The position numbers and the translations under genes are program-made. Of a stretch of 64,000 bases of DNA, positions 37,386 through 49,964 are shown piece by piece. Every line of letters begins with the position of its first letter. Position 1 is the first letter of the stretch. Origin of the DNA: Mobula hypostoma (lineage: Eukaryota). The stretch spans positions 5,954,001-6,018,000 of the forward strand of contig NC_086101.1 in the NCBI RefSeq assembly GCF_963921235.1, read 5' to 3'. The notes under the pieces were generated by a model. The model made no database searches. It saw only the letters and a program-made list of their open reading frames with translations, and was not told the origin of the DNA.

Positions 37386-39062
37386 GCTCGGTGTATTTCA
37401 GTCCTGTGTTTTCACCGTTTCCTGAACCTTTCCAGCTTTCGTATCTGTACTTTGTCTGTCTGAATATCGATTCTGCCTGTTTCCCAATTCTGGTTTTTGG
37501 ATTTCTCTAGATGTTTTGATCTCTGCCTGAACTTTGATGCCAACTTTGTTTGCACCTCAGGATTTGTTACTCAATTGATATCACTGTGTGTACAGTACTG
37601 GGTCTGTGATTGGATGCCTGCTCCACGCCCCTGACATCTGGATAACTTGCAAAGAAAAGCAAGAACTGAAATGACAAATTTCAGAAAACATTACGTACAT
37701 TCTAATGCACTTAGATTAACACTACCTAGTACAGAAGGAGGGAGGAAAAACAGACATTACAAATTTACACAACAGTCAGATAAAACTTCAAAGGATATAT
37801 TTTCATCATCGAAAACAGGGTTCAACACTTCACATGAACATGTGCAATTCTGATAAGAAGTGAACACCACTAAACTTAGATGAGAGCACAGCCTGGAAAA
37901 GTGAAAACGTTATCACTATTGAAGAAAAAGTTAACCAATGCAAGGGCAGGCCTCTCTATGGATGTTCGCAACGAAGCGTTGAATGGTAAAGTGGTGGTGG
38001 TTGGGGATGTGGAGGGGTTGATCAGCCTTACTGCTTTTGGGTCTGGTGATCCTAGAGTGGATGCTCCATAGTCTCCTCCCTGATGACAGTGGGATTAACA
38101 GTCTATGAGCAGGATGAGTGGGATCTTTCATGATGTTACTGGCCCTTTTCCAGCACCTTTCTGTATATGCATATGCCCTCGATGGTGGGAAGGCTGGTAC
38201 CAGTGATGTATTGTGCAGTTTTGACCACCCATTGTAGAGCATTCCTGTCCACCACAGTGCTGTCTCCGTGCCACTGTAACCCAGCCCTCCGTTTTTCTCA
38301 TCCCTCCATGAGTGCTGATGTAAGAGGTTCTGAAATGCTCCCAGAGCATTTGCTTCTTCCACCACCCCTGGCAGGGCAATCCATGCACCCACCACTCTCT
38401 GTACAGAAACCTCCCATTGACTTCACCTTATGTCCTCCCATATGAACCATTTCCACCTTGGGAAAAAGTCTCTAGCTGTCTATTCAATTTATGTCTCTAA
38501 TCATCTTCTACACCTCTATCAGGTTAACTCTAGTCCTCCTTTACCAGCATCCAGGTAAATTTCTTCTGTACCCTTTCCAAAGCCTCAACATCTTTCCTGT
38601 AATAAGCAAGTTCATTGACATGGTAGAACTCACGCAGGGCGGGACTCACACAGGGTGGGAGTTACAAACTGTGGGATTAACATAGAATAGGAGGTAAACA
38701 GGGTAGGCTTAAAAAGTGTGGGATTTACAAGAATAGCACATATACTGAATGGGACTTACACAAGGTGGGAATAGCACAGGGTAGGACTCACGCATGGTGG
38801 GAATTGTGCCGTAATCGAGATGACAGTGTGTGATGGTGCAGAACAGAATACAGATCCATATCTCAGTGAAAGTGGTGTCACGGGTATATAGAACTGTAAA
38901 AGCTTTCTAAGTCAATGTATTGACTACAGTAGTAGGGATATTATTTTGCAGTTATAAAGGGTGTTGACAAGGTCTAATTTGGACCATTGAGTAGCTCTCA
39001 ACCTATCGTAAGACATGCTTTCTAATCCAGGCAGCATTCTGGTAAATCTCTTTTGTACCTCT

Positions 39063-39310
39063 CTAAAGCCTCCATGTCCTCCCTAAAAGGAAGTAAGGTG
39101 GACGCTGGATGGAATGGGTTGTCCAGGGAGAGGATATTGGGTTGAGGGGAAATGCAAGCACTCCTCTAATCAACAGGCTCTTCAAATAGATCAGCCACTT
39201 TGAGGTGAGTGTGAGGTACGCCATCCTTCTCTTCGGCTCCCAGACCCCTGATGTCATCCACATTGGTGCCGAGGAATCCTCTGATTCCAGGGAGGTGTCG
39301 AATATCGTGT
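39063..39310 (-). CDS. Candidate terminal exon of the butyrophilin-like gene
   Basis: cttcattgcag| acceptor; phase-1 join gives ..EIS-DTIFDTSLESEDSS..; non-repeat island between CR1 pieces; no clean TM helix. Confidence 0.25.
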
Positions 39311-39399
39311 CTGCAATGAAGTATGACGGTGGGTAATGTTGCGTGGGAGGAGCGGTGGGCGGGGGGGGGGGTGGTAGGGAAGGAGAGTGCTGGAGAGTC

Positions 39400-40305
39400 A
39401 TTTCCCACTACCAAATCAATGACAGTCTCTCTTCTTGATGGCTTATCTACATATTGTGTCAAGAAACCTTCCTGAACACAGCTAACAAACTCCACCCCAT
39501 CTAAACCCCTCACTCTAGGGAGATGCCAAACGATATTTGGGAAATTAAAAATCTCCCACCACAACAACTCTGTTATTATTACACCTTTCCAGGATCTGTT
39601 TCCCTATCTGCTCCTCGATATCCATGTTACTATGAGGATAAAAAACACCCAGTAGAGTTATGGACCATTTCCTGTTCCTAACCTCCATCCACAGAGATTC
39701 CGTGGACAATCCCTCCATGACATCCATCTTTTCTGCAGCCGCGACACTTATACTCCATACATTGAGATACAACATCTTGAGTACCGTATCTGCTATCCGT
39801 TCTGATTCTACATCCCTAATGTTTTGATACTCACCCTGTTGCCTGTGACGATGTCCCATCACCTGCCTGCCCTTTCTGCCAACCTGACTGCACGCTATCT
39901 TTACTTTTTTACCGTCCGTTCTATCCTGAGTCTCTTCACTCCGGTACCCACCCCCCACTTTCTCAGTCACGCATTTATCTGCCAAATCATCCTGTTTCAA
40001 CCCTCACTGGTGCTTGGCACAGGCAGCAATCCAGAAATTACCACCTGGGGGGTCCTGCTTCTCAGCTTTCTACCTAGGTCTCTAAAATCTCTTTTCAGGA
40101 CCTCATTGCTTTTCCTTCCTATGTCATTGGTACCAACATGTACCAAGACATCCGGCTGGTTTCCCTCCTTCTCCAAAATGTTGTGGACGTGATCTGAGAT
40201 TTCCCTGACGCTGGCACCTGAGAGGCAACATACCATCCAGGTTTCCCGTTCACATCCACAGAACCTCCGGTCTGTTCCCCTCACTATTGAGTCCCCTATT
40301 TCGAT
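39400..40305 (-). mobile_element. CR1 ORF1/endonuclease fragments
   Basis: IGDSIVRGTDRRFCG..VHVGTNDIG; VVGDF. Confidence 0.82.
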
Positions 40306-40970
40306 GTACCTGTGATAAATAAAGTTAATCCCTAATCTAATCCCTTGAAGATCCCCTCTCATTCTTCTAAGCAAGAGGAACCAGAGTCTTCGCTCCCACA
40401 CCACCAGGTTCAGGAACAATTATTACCCCAGACTCTGAAGCTGCATGGACAACTCCACTCTACAAGTCTGATCTGCTTCTACAACTGCAAACCCCCGCCG
40501 AAGGGTCTCGTCCCAAAACGGTGACTGTGCTCTTTTCCATATATGCTCCCTGGCCTGCTGAGCTCCTCCGGCATTTTGTGTGTAGTGCTCACTTTCAGAA
40601 ACTATTTTCGATGCAATTTCACAATATTATTTTTTCTATTTGCAAAATATGTTCTTTTTTAGTTGTTTTTCAGTTTATCAGAAATTCTATTGTATTTCTT
40701 TATAATTCTTGTAAATGCCATCAAGTAAATGAATCTCAAGATAGCATATCGTAACATATATGCATTCTGATTATAAATTGATTTTGTAAAATTTAATTTC
40801 AGCAAGTATAGTCCCAGTCAACTCAGTCCCTCCTCAAAGGCTAACCCCCTCCTCTCCGAACTCAACCTAGTGAACCTCCTCTGCACCACCTTCAAAGCCC
40901 GTATCCCTCCCCTCGAGATGTGTAACTCCATCTGTAAAATTGACCGGAGCTGCGCACATGGTGAATGGGC

Positions 40971-41249
40971 CTGATATCTCCAGTCGTCCCTCATGCTCCC
41001 GGCCCAGAAGTTGGTTTCGGATGACACAGGAGTACACTCCAGGGGTGGAGCGACTCACAGCGATGACACTCTCCACCCTCAGGAGCCCAGCATCCGGTTC
41101 TGCCGATTCCTGGCGTGCACTGATGAGCTGGCCCGCGGCGTCCCGCCACAACACTAACGGCTGCGGGAACCACTTCTCCGAGACGCAGCCCACCAGGATC
41201 CTGTTGCCCTCGTAGCCCACCATCTTCATCGTGGGCGGGTGTCCCATAC
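40971..41249 (-). CDS. Butyrophilin/B7-like gene, IgC exon (3' boundary uncertain)
   Basis: cctccag|GTATGGGA, phase 1; GCVSEKWFPQP..W.D..G..GLLRVES..YSCVIRNQLL..LEIS; expected donor reads G|gcccat; read-through stop at 40867. Confidence 0.85.
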
Positions 41250-41504
41250 CTGGAGGGTGCAGGGGTGTCAGTGGGCAATGGTGCCAGTTCAGTTTAAACA
41301 GGAGCTCACAAAGGAGAATATCCATGTTGCTCCCTGCATTCCCCCTGACCCACCATAATGACCTCTCTCACCCCCCACACGTACCAACATCTCCCTCAGT
41401 ACATCCGTCTCAGTCAGCCACAAGCTCCGCCGTTCCACAGCACACTGTCCCACAGATTCCTGTCCTCCTCTGCACTTGCTCGTCCTTTCCAAGCATCCCA
41501 CTGT

Positions 41505-42480
41505 CACTATCCACTCCCCTCCCCTTATCTCGCCCTCCTTCCCAACTCCCATCATCCCAAACTCCCTCAACTCCACTCTCCTCCCCTTATCTTACCCTCC
41601 CTCCCAACTCCCATCATCCCAACCTCCCCCAACTCCACTCCCCTCTCCTTATCTCACCCTCCCTCCCAACTCCCATCATCCCAACCTCCCTCAACTCCAC
41701 TCACCCCTTATCTCGCCCTCCCTCCCAACTCCCATCAACCCACACTCCCTCAACAACACTCCCCTCTCCTTATCTCACCCTCCCACCCAAGTCCCATCCC
41801 ATCATTCCGCCCTCCCTCTCCCCTCCCCTCATCCCACCCTCCCTACCCCCTCCCCTTATTCCTCCCTCCCACCTACTCCTACCCCTCCCCTTTCCTTATC
41901 CCACCCTCCTTCCTACCCCTCCCCTTTCCTTATCCCACCCTCTCTCCTACCCCTCCCCTTTCCTTATCCCACCCTCCCTCCTACCCCTCTCCTTTCCTTA
42001 TCCCACCTCCCTCCTACCCCTCCCCTTTCCTATCCCACCCTCCCTCCTGCCCCTCCCCTTTCCTTATCCCACCCTCTCTCCTAACCCTCCCCTTCCCTTA
42101 TCACACCCTCACTCTCCCCCTCCCCCTCCCCTTATCTCGGCCTCCCTCCCAACTCCCATCACGTCATCCCGCCCTCCCTCTCTCCCTCCCTCCACTCATC
42201 CTGGCCTCCCTCTCCCTAACTCCCATTCCCTTATTCCACCCTACCTCAAATCTGCTCCCCTCCCCTTATCCTGCCCTCCCACTCCCCTCAACCTACCCTC
42301 CTTTTCCCCTCATCCCACACTCCCACTACTCCTCCCCAAATCCCTCCCTCTCCCCTCACCCTGCCCTCTCTTTCCCCTCATCCCACCCGCTCCTCTCCCA
42401 GTATCGTACCCTCCCTCTACCCCCTCAAACCCTCTTCACCTCTCACCTTTTTCAGCTCTTCTACATTCCTCCTGTCCACT
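41505..42480. repeat. C/T-rich low-complexity tract in the IgV-IgC intron
   Basis: Almost G-free on the + strand; recurring CCTTATCCCACCCTCC units. Confidence 0.92.
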
Positions 42481-42677
42481 CTGAAACCACTCCATCCCCG
42501 GTCCTCTGCAATTGCTCATCCCCTGTGGGAGTCTTCCCTACCCCCCAGCTAACCTCCTGCTGCCTGTACAGTCTTGCGACCACTGGGACAAAGTACACCC
42601 ACTCAGTCCTCTGCAAACCTGTGCCCTCCGATCATCCCCACAGCCTATTTTCTGCTGTCCGGCGACACCTCACTCAC

Positions 42678-43025
42678 TGGCAACTTGCAGCTGCAGAGAG
42701 CCCTCCTGGTCCTCAGCCTTGGAGACTACGAAGCACTTGTAGTGTCCCGTGTCGCCCACCGTCACCTTCTTCAGCAGCAGGGAGACGTTCCCCTGGGGAA
42801 AGGCATCCTTGAACAGCTCCGTCCTCCCGGAGTACTGTGCCATCTGGATATCAGGAATGTCCTGCCCCTTCCGGTACAGGTGCACCACCTGGGACCAGTC
42901 CGTCCGAAACCAGCGCACCTCCATCTCCTCGAGGACCTCGGCCGGAATCAGCTGGCAAAGCAGCACGGCGTCCTGGCCCACCTCGACCACGATAGGCGCG
43001 CTCGGCGTGATCACGATGAACTCCC
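42678..43025 (-). CDS. Butyrophilin/B7-like gene, IgV exon
   Basis: tctccag|GGGAG...GCCA|gtgagt; 348 nt, phase 1/1; GQDAVLLCQL..MEVRWFR..VVHLY..YSGRTELF..GNVSL..DTGHYKC. Confidence 0.92.
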
Positions 43026-44399
43026 CTGGAGACATGCAGGCAAAACGCAGTCAGAGTGTGGACAGTAAACCTCCCGGAGGCTTTACAGAGACAGAATTAT
43101 CGTCACTGACTTAAACTGCATGTAATTTATTGTACAGTATTCTGGCAGCAGAGACGTTAAATTAATGAGAGCGATTCGTGCTGCCCGCTAGTGTTTGCTC
43201 AGTGGAAGACAACCTGGATCGTGTTTGCGGATCGACAAGCGAGTGATCATCGGACTGCATCAGCTTCTTCTTGCCGACAACATCCTGTGCATCATCAAAA
43301 CACAGGGCATGACATTCAGGGACCTGGTCTAGATTATATTTTTGTGAAACTGCATGTTTACTGCTGTCTCCTGTGCTGAATGTGCGTTGTGCTGTGTCTG
43401 ACTATTGGGACTGTGGTTTGCACCTCGACCCGAGAGGAACACTGTTTTGTTCGGCTGTGTTCATGTGTGGTTCAATAACAATAAAATTTGAGAAAGGGAA
43501 TATCAGACAGACATAGGCACACGGGCCTCTTAACCTGTTGCATTCCTGAATAATTATTACAATATTAATCATAACATTTAAAAACTATAAAGCCATTTAC
43601 CATCCATCCATCTTTAAGAATGGATGTCCTGCTGTTGGAGAGTGTCCAGACGGGGTTCATGAAAATTATCACAGGAATGGAAGGGTTAACAACCAAGGAG
43701 CTTTGATGTCTCTGGGCCTGTAAGTGTTGGAGTTAAGAACAACAAGGGGGGATCTCATCGAAACCTATCAAATATTGAAAGGCCGGGATACAGTGGAGGT
43801 GGAAAGGATGTGGAGAGTGGGGAAGTTGAGGACCAGGGAACACAACTCAGAATAGGAGGACACCACTTTCGAACAGACACGAGGAGCAATTTCTTTAGCC
43901 AGAGGATGGAGAATCTGTGGAATTTGTTTCCCTGGACAGCTGTGGAGGCCGAGTCATTGGGTATATTTAAAGTGGTGATTGAGAGGTTCTTGATTAATCA
44001 GGAGTCAAAGGTTACAGGGAGAAGGCAGGAGAATAGTGTTGAGAGGATTAATAAATCAGCCATCGGGCTAGAGGATCATCAGGGTTTCTCTTCCACCCGT
44101 CAGACACATTTATCAGGAGTGCTGCAGCCACAGGGCCCTGAGCATTGTCAGTGATCCCTCCCACCAGTCAACAATCTCTTTGACACCTAACCATCAGGCA
44201 GGAGGTACTGGAGCATTAAGTTGGCAAACAGCTTCTTTCCCCAGGCTGTGAGACCATGGAACTCCCTGCCAACACTCAGGTCTCATCAGGTATGAAATGC
44301 CAGCAGCATTATACTGTTTACTTTTCATCTTGCATCGGGAATCCCCTGCGTTATTTCTTCATGTCATAGGGGTAATAATAATTTATGTGTTGTGTATGT

Positions 44400-44735
44400 G
44401 AGTTGCGTTTACTGTATTGTGTACCTTGGTCCCAAGCGACATTATTTCATTTGACCGTATTCGTGTGTACGGTTGTGAGTTATCTGTACGGTATCATGCA
44501 CCCTGGTCTGGAGGAACATTGTTTCGTTTGGCTGTATACGTGTCTATGGTTACGGTTGTATGTGAGTTGTGTGTATTGTATTGTGCACCCTGGTCCGGAG
44601 GAACATTGTTTCGTTTGGCCGTATACATGTGTACGGTTGTATGTGAGTTGTGTGTACTGTATTGTGCACCTTGGTCCGGAGGAACATTGTTTCGTTTGGC
44701 TGTATATGTGTCTATGGTTAAGGATGTATGACAAT
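44400..44735 (+). repeat. Short tandem array (3-4 copies, ~85 bp) in a retroposon tail
   Basis: Repeated TGCACCCTGGTCCGGAGGAACATTGTTTCGTTTGGC. Confidence 0.8.
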
Positions 44736-44737
44736 AA

Positions 44738-47497
44738 GCTACAGGAGGGGCAGGACTGGCAGCTTAATATTCCAGGGTTCCAATGTTTCAGATGTGATCG
44801 AGGCAGAGGGATGAAAGGTGGGGGAGTAGCGTTGCTTGTTAGGGAAAATATTACAGCAGTGCTCAGGCAGGACAGATTAGAGGGCTTGTCTACTGAGTCC
44901 TTATGGGTGGAGCTGAGAAACAGGAAAGGTATGGCCACATTAGTGGGATTGTATTACAGACCATCCAATAGTCAACGAGACTTGGAAGAGCAAATCTGCA
45001 GAGAGATAGCAGGCAACTGCAGGAAACATAAAGTTGTGGTGATAGGAGATTTTAATTTTCCATACATTGATTGGGACTTCCATACTGTTAGGGGTCTAGA
45101 TGGTTTAGAGTTTGTAAAATGTGTTCAGGAAAGTTTTCTAAATCGGTATATAGAGGGACCAACTAGAGGGGATGCAATATTGGATCTCCTGTTAGGAAAC
45201 AAATTAGAGCAAGTGACAGAAGTCTGTGTAGGGGAGCACTTTGGTTCCAGTGATCATAACACCATTAGTTTCAAATTGATCATGGACAAGGATAGATCTG
45301 GTCCTAGCGTTGAGGTTCTGAACTGGAAGAAGGCCAAATTTGAAGAAATGAGAAAGGATCTAAAAAGCGTGGATTGGGACAGATTGTTCTCTCGCAAAGA
45401 TGTGATTGGTAGGTGGGAAGCCTTCAAAGGGGAAATTTTGAGAGTGCAGAGTTTGTATGTTCCCGTCAGGATTAAAGGCAAATTGAATAGGAATAAGGAA
45501 CCTTGGTTCTCAAGGGATATTGCAACTCTGATAAAGAAGAAGAGGGAGTTGTATCAAATATATAGGAAACAGGGGGTAAATCAGGTGCTTGACGAGTATA
45601 AGAAGTGCAAGAAAATACTTAAGAAAGAAATCAGGAGGGCTAAAAGAAGACATGAGGTTGCCTTGGCAGTCAAAGTGAAGGAAAATCCAAAGAGCTTTTA
45701 CAGGTATATTAAGAGCAAAAGGATTGTAAGTGATAAAATTGGTCCTCTTGAAGATCAGAGTGGTTGGCTTTATGCGGAACCAAAGGAAATTGGAGAGATC
45801 TTAAATAAGTTTTTTGCGTCTGTATTTATTAAGGAAGTTGGCATGAAATCTATGGAATTGAGGGAATCAAGTAGTGAGACCATGGAAACTGTACAGATTG
45901 AAAAGGAGGAGGTGCTTGCTGTCTTGAGGAAAATTAAAGTGGATAAATCCCTGGGACCTGACAGAGTGTTCCCTCGGACCTTGAAGGAGACTAGTGTTGA
46001 AATTGCGAGGGCCCTGGCAGAAATATTTAAAATGTCGCTGTCTATGGGTGAAGTGCCGGAGGATTGGAGAGTGGCTCATGTTGTTCCGTTGTTTAAAAAA
46101 GGATCGAAAAGTAATCCAGGAAATTATAGGCCGGTGAGTTTAACGTCAGTAGTAGGTAAGTTATTGGAGGGAGTACTGAGAGACAGAATCTACAAGTATT
46201 TGCATAGACAGGGGCTTATTAGAGAGAGTCAACATAGATTTGTGCATGGTAGGTCATGTTTGACCAATCTGTTGGAGTTTTTCGAGAAGGTTACCAGGAA
46301 AGTGGATGAAGGGAAGGCAGTGGATATTGTCTACATTGACAAGGTCCTGCATGGGAGGTTAGTTCGGAAAATTCAGTCGCTAGGTATACATGGAGAGGTG
46401 GTAAATTGGATTAGACATTGGGTCGATGGAAGAAGCCAGAGAGTGGTGGTAGAGAATTGCTTCTCTGAGTGGAGGCCTGTGACTAGTGGTGTGCCACAGG
46501 GATCAGTGCTGGGTCCATTGTTATTTGTCATCTATATCAATGATCTGGATGATAATGTGGTAAATTGGATCAGCAAGTTTGCTGATGATACAAAGATTGG
46601 AGGTGTAGTAGACAGTGAGAAAGGTTTTCAGAGCCTGCAGAGGGACTTGGACCAGGTGGAAAAATGGGCTGAAAAATGGCAGATGGAGTTTAGTACTGAC
46701 AAGTGTGAGGTATTGCATGTTGGAGGGACAAACCAATGTAGAACATACAGGGTTAATGGTAAGGCACTGAGGAGTGCAGTGGAACAGAGGGATCTGGGAA
46801 TACAGATACAAAATTCCCTAAAAGTGTCGTCACAGGTAGATAGGGTCGTAAAGAGAGCTTTTGGTACATTGGCCTTTATTAATCGAAGTATTGAGTATAA
46901 GAGCTGGAATGTTATGATGAGGTTGTATAAGGCATTGGTGAGGCCGAATCTGGAGTATTGTGTTCAGTTTTGGTCACCAAATTACAGGAAGGATATAAAT
47001 AAGGTTGAAAGAGTGCAGAGAAGGTTTACAAGGATGTTGCCGGGACTTGAGAAACTCAGTTACAGAGAAAGGTTGAATAGGTTAGGACTTTATCCCTGAA
47101 GCGTAGAAGAATGAGGGGAGATTTGATAGAGGTATATAAAATTATGATGGGTATAGATAGAGTGAATGTAAGCAGGCTTTTTCCACTGAGGCAAGGGGAG
47201 AAAAAAATCAGAGGACATGGGTTAAGGGTGAGGGGAGAAAAGTTTAAAGGGAACATTAGTGGGGGCTTCTTCACACAGAGAGTGGTGGGAGTATGGAATG
47301 AGCTGCCAGACGAGGTGGTAAATGCGGGTTCTTTTTTAACATTTAAGAATAAGTTGGACAGATACATGGATGGGAGGTGTATGGAGGAATATGGTCCGTG
47401 TGCAAGTCAGTGGGTGGGACTAGGCAGAAAATGGTTCGGCACAGCCAAGAAGGGCCAAAGGGCCTGTTTCTGTGCTGTAGTTTCTATGGTTCTATGG
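44738..47497 (+). mobile_element. Relatively young 5'-truncated CR1 LINE (long ORF2, defective)
   Basis: APE + RT open to 47099; lacks the DFSKAF motif; frameshift near 47095; (TTCTATGG)n tail. Confidence 0.93.
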
Positions 47498-47773
47498 TAC
47501 AATTGAACATGAATGGAGGAGCTGACTTGATGGACTGAATAGCCTTGTTCTGCTCCAACACCTTGTGATCTGATTGTGACACTGGTCACCTCGATCACTG
47601 ATTTCCTAAACCCACCCGTCTCCGCCAATGCTGGGAGGTTCGTCACTCAATGTTTATTAAGTGTAAACCACCTCAGCCAAGGATGCAGGTTCCACACTGT
47701 CCACCCAGGACATCCCAATTGGAAGCAAGTTGTCCCGAGGAGTTGGGGCAGGAGGAACCCAGGAACACAGCAC

Positions 47774-47836
47774 TGTCTTAGCAAGAGACGTGGTGACCAG
47801 CAGGAGGAGAATCGCTGGAAGATATTGCCACTTCAT
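47774..47836 (-). CDS. Probable signal-peptide exon of the butyrophilin-like gene
   Basis: MKWQYLPAILLLLVTTSLAKT in a non-repeat island upstream of IgV; no strong phase-1 donor found. Confidence 0.45.
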
Positions 47837-47994
47837 CACTCAACGACTAAACCCTGTCCTCGAGAATCCCACAGCAACGTTCACGGGAACCTGAAATAAC
47901 ATTCCACTCATGGTCAGACAAAAGTCCAGAGCACCATCCGAATTGAGAGCATCATCCCATCCCCCTAGAGGGGTAAATGGCAGATCCCACTCCC

Positions 47995-49580
47995 AAACAG
48001 TCGCCCAGTAGGTAGATGTTCATGGTGCTGAGAGTGGATTTAATCCATGTTAAGGATTTGGAGCTGGAACTGGATAAAATCTGGATCATTCGGGAGGCTG
48101 AGGGGTGATAGGAAGTACATATAGAGGGATTGTTACACTCAAGGTGCAGGACAGTCAAGAAGGGGAATGGGAGTAAACAGCCAGTGTAGAGTATCTCTGT
48201 GGTCATCCCCCTCAACAACAGGTATATCACTTTGGATACTGCTGGGGGAGGAGAGAATGACCGAGCAGAGGGGGGAATGACCGAGCAGACGGAAGTCACA
48301 GCGGTCAGGTCTCTGGCACTGAGTGGCTCTGCCAACCAGAAGAAAATGGGGAGAGAGGAGACGAATTGTGGTGATCGGGAATTCGTTTGTTAGGGGAACA
48401 GAACGGTGGCTCTGTGGATGAGAACAAGATTACCAGATGGTATGTCGCTTCCCAGCTGCCACAGTTCAGGACTTCTCAGATCGAGTCTTCAGCATTTTTA
48501 AGTGGGAGGGTGAGCAACCAGAGGTCGTGATCCACATAGGTACCAATGACACAGGTCGGAAGATTGACAAGGTTCTGCAAACAGCATTCAAGGAGATAAA
48601 GGACAGGACCTCCAGGGTTGTGATTTCAGGATTGCTACATGCTAGTGAGGCCAGAAATAGGAAAGTTATACAGATTAATACGTGGCTAAGGAACTGGTGT
48701 TAGAGGGAGGGCATAAGATTTTTTGATCATTGGGTTCTCTTCCAGGGAATGTGGGACCCGTACAGAAGAGACGGTTTACACCTGAACTGGAAGTGGACTA
48801 ATATTCCAGCAGGAAGGTTTGCTAGTGCTGTACAGAGGGCGGTGGTGGGGGTGGGGTAACTAGATTTGTAGTAGGATGGGAACCAGAGTGCCAGAACAGA
48901 TAGTTCAGAGGTTGTAGAGACAGATGTCAGGAATCAAAGGTTGAGCATGGTTCGAGTGATGTCCTGAGATGCATATATTTCAATGCAAGAAGTATCGTAG
49001 GAAAGGCAGATGAGCTCAGGGCATGGACCAACACCTGAAATTATATATCATAGCCATTAGGGTGACTTGGTTGCAGGAAGGACAGGACTGGCAACTCAAT
49101 ATTGTGGGTTTCCCTTGTTTTTCATGTGACAGAGCGGGAGGCATTAAAGGAGGAGGGGTGACATTACTAGACAGTGAAAATGTCACAGTGGTGCTCAGTC
49201 TGGATGGACTGGAGAACTTGTCTAGTGAGGTGTTACAGGTCGAACTGAGGAATTGAAAGGTATGACCATGTTAATGGGGCCATATTACAGACCACCCAAC
49301 AGTCCAAGGGATTTAAAGGAACAAATTTGTAGAGAGATCACAGACTGTTGCAAAAAACATAAGATTATGATAGTAGGTGATTTTAACTTTCCTCACATTG
49401 AATGGGACTCCCACACTGTAAAAAGACCAGATGGGATAAAATTTGTCAAATGAGTTCAGGAACGTTTCCTTCACTTCGAAGTCCCAATTAGAAGTCCCAA
49501 TGAGGGAGGGTGTGATATTAGGGAAGGAGACAGGCAGGTGACAGAAGTTTGTGTTGGGAACACTTGATACCTGGCGATTG
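47995..49580 (+). mobile_element. CR1 5' part (ORF1 + endonuclease), degenerate
   Basis: IPLNNRY..VIHIGTND..YYRPPNS..VGDFNFP. Confidence 0.82.
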
Positions 49581-49964
49581 GGTAATCAATGAAAGGAGTG
49601 CGTAAAAAGAGTTAAACTTCAATCAGGACCACAGTTCAGATTTAAAAGGCAGTGCTTTGCTACAGTTTCTCTGATTTGGGCAGCAACGAGTCAACGAGAG
49701 AGATTGATTAGAAAAGGTGATAAATATAACGTAAATTCACGCAGGGCAGCATTCTTTTGAGAGTGCCAGTATTAGAGCGGTTTTGGCTCATAGGGGTAAG
49801 GCAAGATTTGGCATGGATGAGGTAACATATTGTATGCTTCCCTCTTTCTCAGAGTTTTCCTCCTCCTAGGCAGGCTGCTGTCCAAGGCTGATGAGCCTCA
49901 TCTGCCCAAAAAGGTAAAGAGAGGGCATATAATCGAGCAAAAAATAGTGGGAGGTTAGAGGATT

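Noticed and set aside
37390..37636. Another LTR 3' end (..CCCTGACA)
   Set aside because: Suggestive terminus only; no partner LTR, PPT or TSD identified
41231..42812. 417-, 484- and 202-aa plus-strand ORFs
   Set aside because: Translations of the C/T tract lying in the IgV-IgC intron
44385..47099. Active CR1 or domesticated RT gene
   Set aside because: 5'-truncated, lacks a core RT motif, has a terminal frameshift, and its N-terminus is repeat-derived
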